Origin: Candidatus Poribacteria bacterium
Lineage (GTDB): Bacteria; Poribacteria; WGA-4E; GCA-2687025
NCBI GenBank assembly: GCA_027625215.1
Contig: JAQBWJ010000001.1
Location: forward strand, 1 to 48,852
Length of the DNA stretch: 48,852 nt
Reading direction: 5' to 3'
Under the pieces are notes generated by a model. That model was not told the origin of the DNA. It did no database searches and saw only the letters and a program-made list of their open reading frames with translations. Of this stretch, positions 26,109 to 35,174 are shown piece after piece. Position 1 is the stretch's first letter. Every line of letters starts with the position of its first letter. A program made the position numbers and the translations under genes.

Positions 26109-27626
26109 ATCCGCAACCGGATCGTTCCCAAGATCAAGCCGTTTGCGCTCTTGATCGGCGACCCAGATCCCTTGTCGGATCGACTCCGCCGTCGTACGTG
26201 GGGCGGGAAGATCGTAGAATGGCAGCTTGTTCGTTCGTGGAGAGCCTAACAGCTCGGCAAGGTGCGATCCCTCTTCACAGAGATCGAGGTGACGGATGAG
26301 CTCGTCCCGAACGGATGGATTCCTCGCGAGTTCGGGGGCGATTCGGAAAAGCGTCGAAGGCTGTCGCCGCGACGCTGGAATCTCAGTTCGCGTTGAATCT
26401 GGACTTCGCGGAAACCGTTCGGTCCATCTGAACGTGACACAAGACGGTCAACGCGCGATCGTCTGACGCCACGTCCGCGCTTCGACGGGGCACAAACGAT
26501 CGGCATGTGTTTTGCGCTGGTCAACGAGTCGAGTCTTGTCGGAGTCGCGCGATAGGGAGGGCGCTCATGGACAACGAAGCCGATCCGAAAGCGGTTGAAG
26601 ACGCCAACGCCAGCGCCAACGAGTGGTCAGCGAAGTATCGTGAGTCGCTTCGCCGTCGACTCGGACGGCAAGCCACTGCACCAGACGGTGACTCAGAGAC
26701 GCCCCCCCAGCACGAAAAGGGACAAATCGGCGCCCGCGCCGTCCGATGAACGCGACAAAACGCCGTCGGAACTTGACAAGGACACGTGGCAGGCGCAGTT
26801 CAACAAGGAGTTGCAACGGACGACGGAGCGTCCGTCGGAGACTATCGATCAATCTGTCGAATCTCGTGAATCAAACGATTCGCCGAACCCACCGACACCT
26901 GTTGCACCATCAACTCCATCCAAGCGTCATTGGCTGAATCCGCGTTGGATTCCGGTCGGAATCGCCGTAGTTCTGTTGATCGCTCCGCTACCGTTCATCT
27001 ACCAAGCGCGTTATCGCGAGGATCCGACCGCGTTGACCGAGACGCGAGGCGAGTCGAAACAGGCAATCGCCGCGTCACCCATATCGTCAGTCGCCGAAGC
27101 CGTCCCTCCAACAAGTTCGGTACCCGCATCCGCGCTCGTTCAGACGTACGCTCTGCTCGTGGGCGTCAGCGAGTACGACTATTGCGCAACGCTCCCTAAC
27201 CCGGTTTCTGACGTGCGAGCGCTCGATAAGGACCTGCGCGAAACGTACGGAGTCGAGACCTCGCTCCTGTTAAACCCTGATCGACAGACGTTTTTAAAGG
27301 CTCTCTATGATCTTGCCAAGATGCCGTCCGAACCCAATAGCCAACTACTGGTGTTCTTCGCGGGGCACGGATGGTTCGATGAGACGGTGCGAAAGGGTTA
27401 CATCGCGTTGAAAGATAGCCGGATGCTGGTTGACGATCCATTCGGCGATACGCTCGTCGCTCACGAGGTGATTCGATCCATTCTGGAACGGCTCGACAAT
27501 CCCCATGTCCTGTTGATGTTGGATTCGTGTTTCGGGGGAACGCTTGACCCCGTCATCGCGATGGCTCCCATCAATCGCGGTGAGGAAGCATCGTACCGGG
27601 ATCTGAGCCCCAAAAACCGCACTGGT

Positions 27627-28541
27627 TCAAGGGCTAATTTCGGCTAAGGTTTGGGATGGCGTTCCCTCCATGATGCGCCCAAGGTACCACTCGGGCGGTC
27701 GGTAGTCCAGCGACGAGTGCCGCCGGAGTTGGTTGTAGTAGTTCAGATGCGCGTGGACGATCTCACGCACCTTGTCGAGCGTGGCGGCGTGGTAGACCGC
27801 CTCGCCGATCTCCGTCTTCATCCGTCCCCAGAACGCCTCGATCCAGGGGTTGTCCTTGGCTCCGTGCTGGGCGTAGGAAAGGCGGGCATGGTCTTCCAGC
27901 AGCACCTGGCGCAGCCAGTCGTGACTGGTGTAGACCGAGTCCCTGTCGTGGTGAATGATGACGCCCTCCAGGTCTCGGTGGTAGACTTCCATTCGAGACC
28001 GAAGATGGGTCAGGGCGGACAGGGCGGTCTGGCGATGCCGTTGTGCCGCCACCGTCCAACCTCCTGCCCAACGACTCTTGATATCCAGCAGCACCATCGC
28101 CCACCCCTTCTTTCGACCTTCGGCGTAGACCAGTTCGGTGAAGTCGGTCGAGAAGGCGTTCAGCGCCGACAACATCTTCCCCTTGACCAGATCGGCGTCG
28201 GAGCCGACCTCTCGGATCAGCGTTTGAACCCGTGACGGCATGGCGGCAGGCAGACAACGCGGCAATCCGATCTCGTAGCGGGACAGTACCCGCCGCACCC
28301 GTTTGTGGTTGACCGGCTCGCCCAGGCGTTCGCTCACTTCGGGCGTGATGCGTCGGTAGCCGTACCCCGGATGCGCCTCGATGACGCGGGCGATCTCCCG
28401 CCGCAGCCGGAATTCCTTCGCGCTGGGTTCACGCCGCTGATGCGCGTACCAGACGCTTTTGGACAAGCCCACCGCGTCCAGACACCCGTTCAAGCCGTAC
28501 GTCTCCCGATGCGTTTCCACCAGTTCCACCTTCGCCGTCAC
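27627..28541 (-). CDS. IS3 transposase OrfB (DDE/rve)
   Basis: TDFTEL..., HHDRDSVYTS, and NPWIEAFWGRMKTE...YYNQLRRHSSLDY is an rve pattern. Probably made as an OrfAB fusion by -1 frameshifting. Confidence 0.85.
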   Translation of the reverse strand: MTAKVELVETHRETYGLNGCLDAVGLSKSVWYAHQRREPSAKEFRLRREIARVIEAHPGYGYRRITPEVSERLGEPVNHKRVRRVLSRYEIGLPRCLPAAMPSRVQTLIREVGSDADLVKGKMLSALNAFSTDFTELVYAEGRKKGWAMVLLDIKSRWAGGWTVAAQRHRQTALSALTHLRSRMEVYHRDLEGVIIHHDRDSVYTSHDWLRQVLLEDHARLSYAQHGAKDNPWIEAFWGRMKTEIGEAVYHAATLDKVREIVHAHLNYYNQLRRHSSLDYRPPEWYLGRIMEGTPSQTLAEISP

Positions 28542-28543
28542 GG

Positions 28544-28822
28544 TCAGGGCTTTCCCATGAAGTTGCGGAGCAGGGCGATTTCCAGTTCCTTCTGTCCCAG
28601 CATCCGTTCCAGTTGTGCCTGGCGTTTCTCCGCCTTCTTGACCTCCTCCTTGCCGCCGAACACCTCGGCGCCGTGATCAAGGAACTGCTTCTTCCATGCG
28701 GCGAGCGTCACCGGGTGCACGTCATGAGCGCGGGCGACTTCGGAGTCGGCGCGCTTGCCTTCGAGACATTCCACCACAAGTCGGAACTTGAATTGCGGGG
28801 TGTAGGTCTTGCGAGTTGCCAT
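28544..28822 (-). CDS. IS3 transposase OrfA (HTH)
   Basis: TYTPQFKFRLVVECLEG...VHPVTLAAWKKQF is the IS3 OrfA pattern. Confidence 0.85.
   Translation of the reverse strand: MATRKTYTPQFKFRLVVECLEGKRADSEVARAHDVHPVTLAAWKKQFLDHGAEVFGGKEEVKKAEKRQAQLERMLGQKELEIALLRNFMGKP
28550..28556 (-). other. Candidate -1 programmed frameshift heptamer G GGA AAG
   Basis: In the orfA frame ...atG GGA AAG ccc tga. The -1 frame reads GKALTVTAKVEL, continuous with OrfB. Confidence 0.6.
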
Positions 28823-29519
28823 CGGTTTCCCTCCGTTCGTTGCGGAGAGAATACCATCCGACAGCCAAAGCCGACATTAGCGATCCAGCTGGATCGGTTT
28901 TTGGGGCTCACTCCCCCGCCTCGTCTCGTCGCCCGAGTTGATTGAGCGCAAATTGGCGTACAGGACTCGCCGGTTCGTCACATCCGGCGGCAAGCAGTAT
29001 GTACCCGACGGACGCCCGGGGTACCACAGCCCCTTCGCGCATCAGTTGTTGGAAGCGCTGAGATCGAACGGAGGAAGCGATGGCATTCTGTCGTTTGAGG
29101 AACTTCTCGGCTATTTGGAACGAGTCTCTCCGCAGCCGCGCACGGGAGAACTCTCGACGAACGAAGCGGGGAGCAGTTTTCTCTTTGTGTCGCGCCACGC
29201 GGAACTCAAGCCGACGCCCGTCAAAGCCGCGTTCGGCGATCTCACGGTCGAACTGTTTCCCGCAAACGCGGAGGTGTCGCTAAGGAAACTCCGCGTTGTG
29301 GAAGGGTCTGATTCCACCGTCGGTCCTCTCTCCGTACGATCGGGCGTCCACCAGTTCCGGGTAGTGCCCGGCGCATATGCGATGATGGTAACGGCGGCGG
29401 GATATGAGCCGGTGTCTCGAGAAATCGTCGTCCGCGAAGGACCGCAGACAGAAACAGTGCGTCTTGTCAGGCAATAGGTCGGCGCCGGAACTTCAAGTAA
29501 TGCGATTAGGGAGGCGATC

Positions 29520-31352
29520 ATGTGTCCGCTTTTCCGAGTTACTTTGTCGCTGACGTTGATCTGCGCGGCGTTCAATCTGTCCGCAGAAACGTACGCGGTC
29601 ATCGTTGGGATCAACGAGTTCAGACCGGTCGGCGTTCGCCGTCTGCAATACGCCGAAGACGATGCGCGCTTGATGCGGGACGCGTTGATCCAGTACGCAG
29701 GGGTGCGGGAAGAGAATATCCGCCTGATCGTCGGCGAAGAAGCGACTCGCGCATCCATCGGGCAAGCGGTCGCCGGTTGGCTCCGAGTAAGCAGTTCTCC
29801 GGGCGATACGGTGGTGTTCTACTACGCTGGGCATGGGATGCAACTCTTGGACGATAACGGCGACGAGGAGGACGGATTCGACGAGACCATACTCGCCGTC
29901 GATTCCAATTTACTCGACATCACGTTTATTCGTGATGACGATCTCAATCGGTGGTTGGGCCATTCGGCTGCGACCCGAAAGATTGTCATTCTCGATTGCT
30001 GTCATTCCGGGACCGCTTCACGCGCGATGGCAAACGTCACCGTTCGCGCCGCCGATCTTGATCCTTACGATGTATTCATCGCCTCATTGGATGCGAAGGA
30101 TGACGCTGAGCGACAACTAGTCGTCACAAACCGGGATGCGGACGGCACGCTTGTTCGTTTGCCCGTGTTGGTCGATGCGGTCACTGTTCCGCCGTCAAAG
30201 ACCGAAACTCTGGAACTGTCGGCGTGCCGTCCGGACCAGGTGGTCGTTGAAACAAGCGGATTGAAGCACGGAGCAATGACCTATTACGTCGCACAGGGAA
30301 TGCAAGGAGATGCGGATGCCGATCACAGCGGTCATGTGACGTTCGGAGAACTGCGTGATTACGCGAAACGTCATATCCGCGAGCTCGGCTTCGATCAGGA
30401 ACCGCAACTCTACGGCGATGGGATCGACTTGCTGTCGATGGTTCCGGTGGTCGGGGAAACAACGTCTTCGTTCGTACAGACGGTCGCGATGCGGGGTACA
30501 CAGAGCTTGTCTTCGTCGGTGGTCCGCCCCGTCGTGTTGAATCACCCAACAATCGTAAACGAACGTGCCCTGCTTGAAATCCCATCGCTCTTCTATGAGG
30601 TGATCGCGGACGAACAGGTTCCGACGCGATTGGTCGAGGTGTTTCGCGCACAACTCGCCTCAGCCGTCCGATCCGCCCCTGACATCCTTGAGACGCAGGA
30701 CTCGACCCGGTCGGATCGAGTCCTACTGATTTCGAGCCATTCCATCGCCCACGATAAATATAGAGTTGAACTCGCAAACCCCTTCGATGGTCGTATCCTA
30801 TCCGTATGGAATATGCGCGAGAGCGACGACTTCCCGACGGGATTGGTCGATGTTTTGGTGACTGCGCACGTTGTAAAACTCGTCGCCGCGATTCAACCAC
30901 GCACTTCGGCATCGTTCGTGATATTGGAGGGTCCCGACTACGCGCGGGCGGTCGATCCGGTGACGGTTACGGTACGGTCGACCCGTAGAGGTTCTCTGAT
31001 TCTACTCATTACCGCGCCGGACGGAACTCTAACCGCGATCCGCCCATCGTCGGGCGAGGAGGGCGGGGTAGCCGGAGTCCGCCAATCCGTTGTCATTCCG
31101 AAAGGCGTGCTGCGGTTAACCGCGTTGGATCGACGCGGGATGGGGATCGTCAAGGCGATTCTTCTGCCAGAAGCTCAATCGTTCGGTTCGATCGGATTAC
31201 CGGAACCGTCTCAGGGTAACACGGTCGTCTTAGCGGGACGCACCGCAATTCTCGCTCTAAAACAAGTGATTGAACGACTGAATGCGTTGCCGTTCAATGC
31301 ATGGTCGGTCGATGCGTTGCCGATGATGATTATTGATGAGAATGTCCATTGA
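29520..31352 (+). CDS. Secreted caspase-like (C14) protein with about 370-aa unassigned C-terminal region
   Basis: Signal peptide (LSLTLICAAFNLSA/E), then YAVIVGINEF...YYAGHG...ILDCCHSG. Confidence 0.85.
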   Translation: MCPLFRVTLSLTLICAAFNLSAETYAVIVGINEFRPVGVRRLQYAEDDARLMRDALIQYAGVREENIRLIVGEEATRASIGQAVAGWLRVSSSPGDTVVFYYAGHGMQLLDDNGDEEDGFDETILAVDSNLLDITFIRDDDLNRWLGHSAATRKIVILDCCHSGTASRAMANVTVRAADLDPYDVFIASLDAKDDAERQLVVTNRDADGTLVRLPVLVDAVTVPPSKTETLELSACRPDQVVVETSGLKHGAMTYYVAQGMQGDADADHSGHVTFGELRDYAKRHIRELGFDQEPQLYGDGIDLLSMVPVVGETTSSFVQTVAMRGTQSLSSSVVRPVVLNHPTIVNERALLEIPSLFYEVIADEQVPTRLVEVFRAQLASAVRSAPDILETQDSTRSDRVLLISSHSIAHDKYRVELANPFDGRILSVWNMRESDDFPTGLVDVLVTAHVVKLVAAIQPRTSASFVILEGPDYARAVDPVTVTVRSTRRGSLILLITAPDGTLTAIRPSSGEEGGVAGVRQSVVIPKGVLRLTALDRRGMGIVKAILLPEAQSFGSIGLPEPSQGNTVVLAGRTAILALKQVIERLNALPFNAWSVDALPMMIIDENVH

Positions 31353-31733
31353 GCAATTGGGATGGTGTTCTCTACAGGAATCGTTGTTGATATGCTTCCC
31401 GTCATCTTCCATCAACAGGAGTCAGGAAGATGGCGCGTGCGCGTGTGTATCGTCATGATGTGCGGTGTGTGGAGTGCGGATCGAATTGGGTGAAGAAGTT
31501 CGGCAAAACACGCGGCGGAGGTAGCACCCCATTAAACCGTGAAACGGGTTGGAGGTAGCCGAAAGTCGTGAAATCGTGTGGGTTCGTTGGACGTACCAGA
31601 TGTGAAACGACATCTGAGGCTCCCCCAAAAACTGGGCACACCCTTAAGGTGGAATGGTCGGATCAGATGAAGGACAATCGTCCTACGGCGAGGCGATTGT
31701 CGAGACCGACCTCTCCACGTGGAGGATGCCCGG

Positions 31734-32041
31734 ATGAGGACACGAAAGCGCCACGACGCGCGCTTCAAGGCGCCGAGCTTCGCTCCGTCGCTCCGCGACC
31801 CTTGGAAGCGCTGACGAACCGACGAACGCTCGCCGAGATCGCCAGCGAGTATGCCGTTCACCCTAATCAGGTCAGTACATGGAAGAAGCAGGCGTTGGAA
31901 GGACTCCCCAGCCTGTTCGCCCACAAACCGGATCGGGAACGGCGTGAGGCGGAGGAACTTCAAGCGGAGCTCTACCGCCAGATCGGTCAGCTGAAAGTCG
32001 AGCTGGACTGGTTGGAAAAAAAAGTGGGACGCGTCGGTTGA
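31734..32041 (+). pseudogene. IS3 OrfA, frameshifted
   Basis: The ATG at 31734 (GGAGGA-N7) reads MRTRKRHDARFKA and then hits a stop at 31814. The homologous remainder (LEALTNRRTLAEIASEYAVHPNQVSTWKKQ...) is in another frame. An A8 slippery run lies at 32016-32023. Confidence 0.7.
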
Positions 32042-32084
32042 GGAGAGACGATGTCTGATCGAGGGAGGACCCGCGCAGATTTCG

Positions 32085-32895
32085 GTGTCGCGGCAGTGCG
32101 AGTTGATCGGTCTGAATCGTTCGATCTTCTACTACGAACCGGTCGGGGTCTCGGAGTTGAATCTGAGGCTGATGCGGCTGATCGACGAACACTACACGCG
32201 GATGCCGTTCCTGGGCGTTCCCAAAATGACCGCGTGTCTGGTGAGGGCGGTCGGCTTTCCGATCAATCCCAAGCGGGTCGAACGCCTGATGCGCCTGATG
32301 GGATTGCAGGCGATTCGTCCCAAGCGGAAGCGTACCTCACAGGGCGGCGGCAAGGTGTATCCGTATCTGCTGCGGCAGATGCGCATCGAGCGGCCCGATC
32401 AGGTCTGGTGCACCGACATCACGTACATCCCGCTGGATCGGGGCTTCCTGTATCTGGTGGCGATCATGGACTGGTTCAGCCGGTTTGTGCTGGCGTGGGA
32501 GTTGAGCAATTCGCTGGATCGGTTCTTCTGCGTGAACACGCTGGATCGCGCCCTGCGGACCGCGACGCCGGAGGTCTTCCACAGCGATCAGGGAAGCCAG
32601 TTCACCAGCAAGGAGTTCACCGGACGCTTGGAAGCGGCGCAGATTCGGATCAGCATGGACGGTCGCGCCCGGTTCTGGGAACGAAGACCCAACGGGGTTG
32701 TTGGGTCTGAGAGGATTCATCGAGCGGCTGTGGCGAAGCGTCAAATACGAGGAGGTGTACACGAAAGACTACGCGGACGGATGGGAAGCCCAACAAGGAC
32801 TGGACGCCTACTTCCGGCTCTACAACACCGAGCGACCCCATCAGGCGTTGGACTACCGGACGCCCGAAGAGGTCTATCAGAAATCGGACCGATGA
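32085..32895 (+). pseudogene. IS3 OrfB (rve), frameshifted near 32660-32700
   Basis: QVWCTDITYI...HSDQGSQFTS...ISMDGR is in one frame (track ORF 32085..33164). FIERLWRSVKYEEVY...YNTERPHQALDY is in another (track ORF 32698..32895). Confidence 0.75.
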
Positions 32896-33068
32896 AAACC
32901 GGTTGCCATTCCACCTTAAGTTCGCCGATTTCGTGCCCAAAGAATGGGGGTAGCCTCATCATCGAGAAAGGATATCGTACAATCAACATCGTCGCGCCGA
33001 GACTTGGCCGCCGTTGCCGCTTGAGCTTCGATGAATCGGTCACTTCCGGCTTGTCTGGGTCGCCAGTC

Positions 33069-35174
33069 CTATTCAAGCGAATTGAGTTCAAGCGGATCGC
33101 GCGGGTCGCTCGGTTTCTGCGGCGGGAGCATCAACACAGGGATCGCCTCTTCCAAGTGTCGTGAGATGAGCGCGATGCTGCCGCCCGGCTCGTGACCGTA
33201 AAGCTCTCCTCCTTTCGGCTGTGGACGGACTTTTTCCAACTCCATGAGGATTTCTTCCAACGTTAGAATGCCGTCCGCGCCGCCCAAACTGCGCAGCGCG
33301 AAGAGAAAACTGCGCGCGAAGGGGCTGTGCTGTCCGGGCCTGCCATCCGGGACGTATTCCGCGCCGCCTGAGGTGATGTAGTATCGCGTCCTGTGCGCGA
33401 GCTTGCGTCCCACGTACTCCGCCCGGCCAGCGTCGGAATAGATAGGATCGAGTCCTCGATGGCCTCCGAGAGCGACGCTCGCGTCGAGCGTCCCGCTAAA
33501 ACAAGCGTCCACGATCAAAGCGACGTGTCGACTGTCGAGTCGTTCCAAGATGGTTCTGATTTCTTCGTGAGGCACAAGGCTGTCTCGGTAAGGGTCGTCT
33601 GACAGTCTTCGGCTGTCGCTTAGCGCGAGATAACCGCGCTTCGTCCTATCGTCGAACCAACCGTGTCCGGCGAAAAACACGATCACTTGGTCGTGAATGC
33701 CGTAATCTCGGTCGGCAAGAGCGTAAAGCGAATCCAGGAACTCTTCGCGTGTTGGATTTGTGATCAACTCGGTCGAGCAACGATACGTCTCCCGAAGCTC
33801 TCGCTCGATTGCGGTTGCGTCAGCGACGGGATTCGCCAAGTCGGCGACATGAACGTAATCATCAACGCCGGCGACGAGCGCGTAAACGACCGGATCGGCA
33901 GACGGTTTCGCGTTCTCATCCGTCGCAGCGATCTCGCCAGCGGGTCGATCCGCCTCCAACTCATGCTCCACCTCTTCGGAATTGGGATGCTCCGTTGGAT
34001 CCAGCTCCGCCCGGAGCCTCCGTCCAAGGTCCTTTTGAAGCTGGAACAAATCGCGACCGGCGATGTCGGCGGTCTCCATCACTTCGCCGGTTTGCGCATC
34101 GATTCGCCGAGCGTTTAGATAGTAGATGTCGCCGGCTTGCCGGTATCCTCCCATCACGAGAAAGCGCACGTTCCAAAGCGTTCCCGTCTCAACAGCTGTA
34201 TTTGGATTGAACAACGGCGACGCCTGCAGCTGTTGTTCATTCACAACGCGACGCAGCTGTCCTCGCTCGACCAGCCGATAGCTGCTCAGAGACTGAAGTT
34301 CCGTCGTGAGCGACTCTTGAATCGAGGAGCCGATCCACGCGAATTCAGGCGCATCTCCGAGGTTTTCAAAGGGCAGAATCGCGATAAGCGACTCGGAGCC
34401 CGGTTGTGACTGCGCGGTGTCGAGATCCTCCCATGTTCGCGCTCTCATACCGGCGCCGACGGGAGCCTTCTGTCGCGCGACCCGCGCAACGCATTCTGTG
34501 GGACGGACCTCCAAGACTTCAAGCGTCGCGATTGGGACGGTGCCCTTCGCAATGACAAGCATGTTCCCAACCGAAATTCCGTTCTCTTCTCCCAGGTTGA
34601 CAAGAATGTTCTCGTCCGTCGCCTCAACGACGGTTCCCCACAATGGATAGGCGTCGAGGATGCGCGGCATGAGCTGACGGACCAAGGGGCGGACGGCAGC
34701 GACCCCATGTGCAGCGAAGCTGCGTTCGACGACTTTGCGGCCCTCAGCGATGCGAACAAACTCCACGTCCGCTCTCATGGCGATATTCGAACCTGACAAG
34801 GTCGTCATGATCTCGTAGTCTGCGCCGCCAGACGTCTGTACGACGAAGTGACCTGACTCATTGAGGGCAGTTCGTAAGCTCGCCGCGAATGCTTCTTCAA
34901 TGTAATCCGACCGCGCAGCCGTGTGCGCATTGGTAACGCCACCGACAACCACAGTCGGTCTCCCAGGCCACGTCTCCTCTCTCTTCACGCCTGCTCTGTG
35001 CTGAGCACTACATGCCGTAAGGACGCAAAGCGTGAGACATCCGAAGAGCATCATTGTTTTTGGTCGCGTTCGCGTATCCGCCGCGTTCGGTGGCTTGCTG
35101 AACATCATTGCTCCCCCAGTTCGGTGTTCTTGTGGCGCGTCGAAACCCGCGAGTCGGTCTGGATCAATCGTCAT
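33069..35174 (-). CDS. Lipoprotein with CsgG/LpoB-like modules and a C-terminal caspase-like (C14) domain
   Basis: LTAC lipobox. IAILPFENLGDAPEFAWIGSSIQESLTTELQ...LVERGQLRRVVNEQQLQ is a CsgG/TolB-N-like pattern. The C-terminus has YALVAGVDDY...FFAGHG...IVDACFSG. The start overlaps the upstream stop (ATGA). Confidence 0.8.
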   Translation of the reverse strand: MTIDPDRLAGFDAPQEHRTGGAMMFSKPPNAADTRTRPKTMMLFGCLTLCVLTACSAQHRAGVKREETWPGRPTVVVGGVTNAHTAARSDYIEEAFAASLRTALNESGHFVVQTSGGADYEIMTTLSGSNIAMRADVEFVRIAEGRKVVERSFAAHGVAAVRPLVRQLMPRILDAYPLWGTVVEATDENILVNLGEENGISVGNMLVIAKGTVPIATLEVLEVRPTECVARVARQKAPVGAGMRARTWEDLDTAQSQPGSESLIAILPFENLGDAPEFAWIGSSIQESLTTELQSLSSYRLVERGQLRRVVNEQQLQASPLFNPNTAVETGTLWNVRFLVMGGYRQAGDIYYLNARRIDAQTGEVMETADIAGRDLFQLQKDLGRRLRAELDPTEHPNSEEVEHELEADRPAGEIAATDENAKPSADPVVYALVAGVDDYVHVADLANPVADATAIERELRETYRCSTELITNPTREEFLDSLYALADRDYGIHDQVIVFFAGHGWFDDRTKRGYLALSDSRRLSDDPYRDSLVPHEEIRTILERLDSRHVALIVDACFSGTLDASVALGGHRGLDPIYSDAGRAEYVGRKLAHRTRYYITSGGAEYVPDGRPGQHSPFARSFLFALRSLGGADGILTLEEILMELEKVRPQPKGGELYGHEPGGSIALISRHLEEAIPVLMLPPQKPSDPRDPLELNSLE

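Larger units (their letters stand above)
27604..28910 (-). mobile_element. IS3-family insertion sequence (1307 bp)
   Basis: 16-bp terminal inverted repeats TGAGCCCCAAAAACCG (27604-27619 and the reverse complement at 28895-28910), with TG...CA ends. Carries orfA and orfB. Confidence 0.9.
26567..29477 (+). pseudogene. Membrane-anchored caspase-like (C14) protein with C-terminal PEGA domain, disrupted by IS3 insertion
   Basis: 5' part in track ORF 26595..27647: TM helix WIPVGIAVVLLIAPLPF, then YALLVGVSEY...FFAGHG...MLDSCFGG. 3' part in track ORF 28938..29477 (YRTRRFVTSGGKQYVPDGRPGYHSPF..., then PEGA-like). Both parts are colinear with the intact paralog 33069..35174. The ATG at 26567 has a GGGAGGG Shine-Dalgarno but lies in another frame. 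A 1-nt change in the C7 run at 26702-26708 would join the two frames. Confidence 0.75.
31615..32958 (+). mobile_element. Degenerate IS3-family element (1344 bp)
   Basis: Imperfect terminal repeats TGAGGCTCCCCC...GGGCAC...CTTAAGGTGGAATGG (31615 onward, reverse complement ending 32958). The flanks ACATC and TCATC could be a decayed 5-bp duplication. Confidence 0.8.

Noticed and set aside
27599-28915. Target-site duplication for the intact IS3 copy.
   Set aside because: The flanks read ATC and CTC. No perfect 3-5 bp repeat exists in any register, so none is reported.
31430-31558. 42-codon ORF MARARVYRHDVRCVECGSNWVKKFGKTRGGG... with an AGGAG upstream, resembling a transposase Zn-ribbon N-terminus next to the second IS3.
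   Set aside because: There is only one CxxC, it is very short, and no continuation is present. It may be a remnant, but this cannot be supported.
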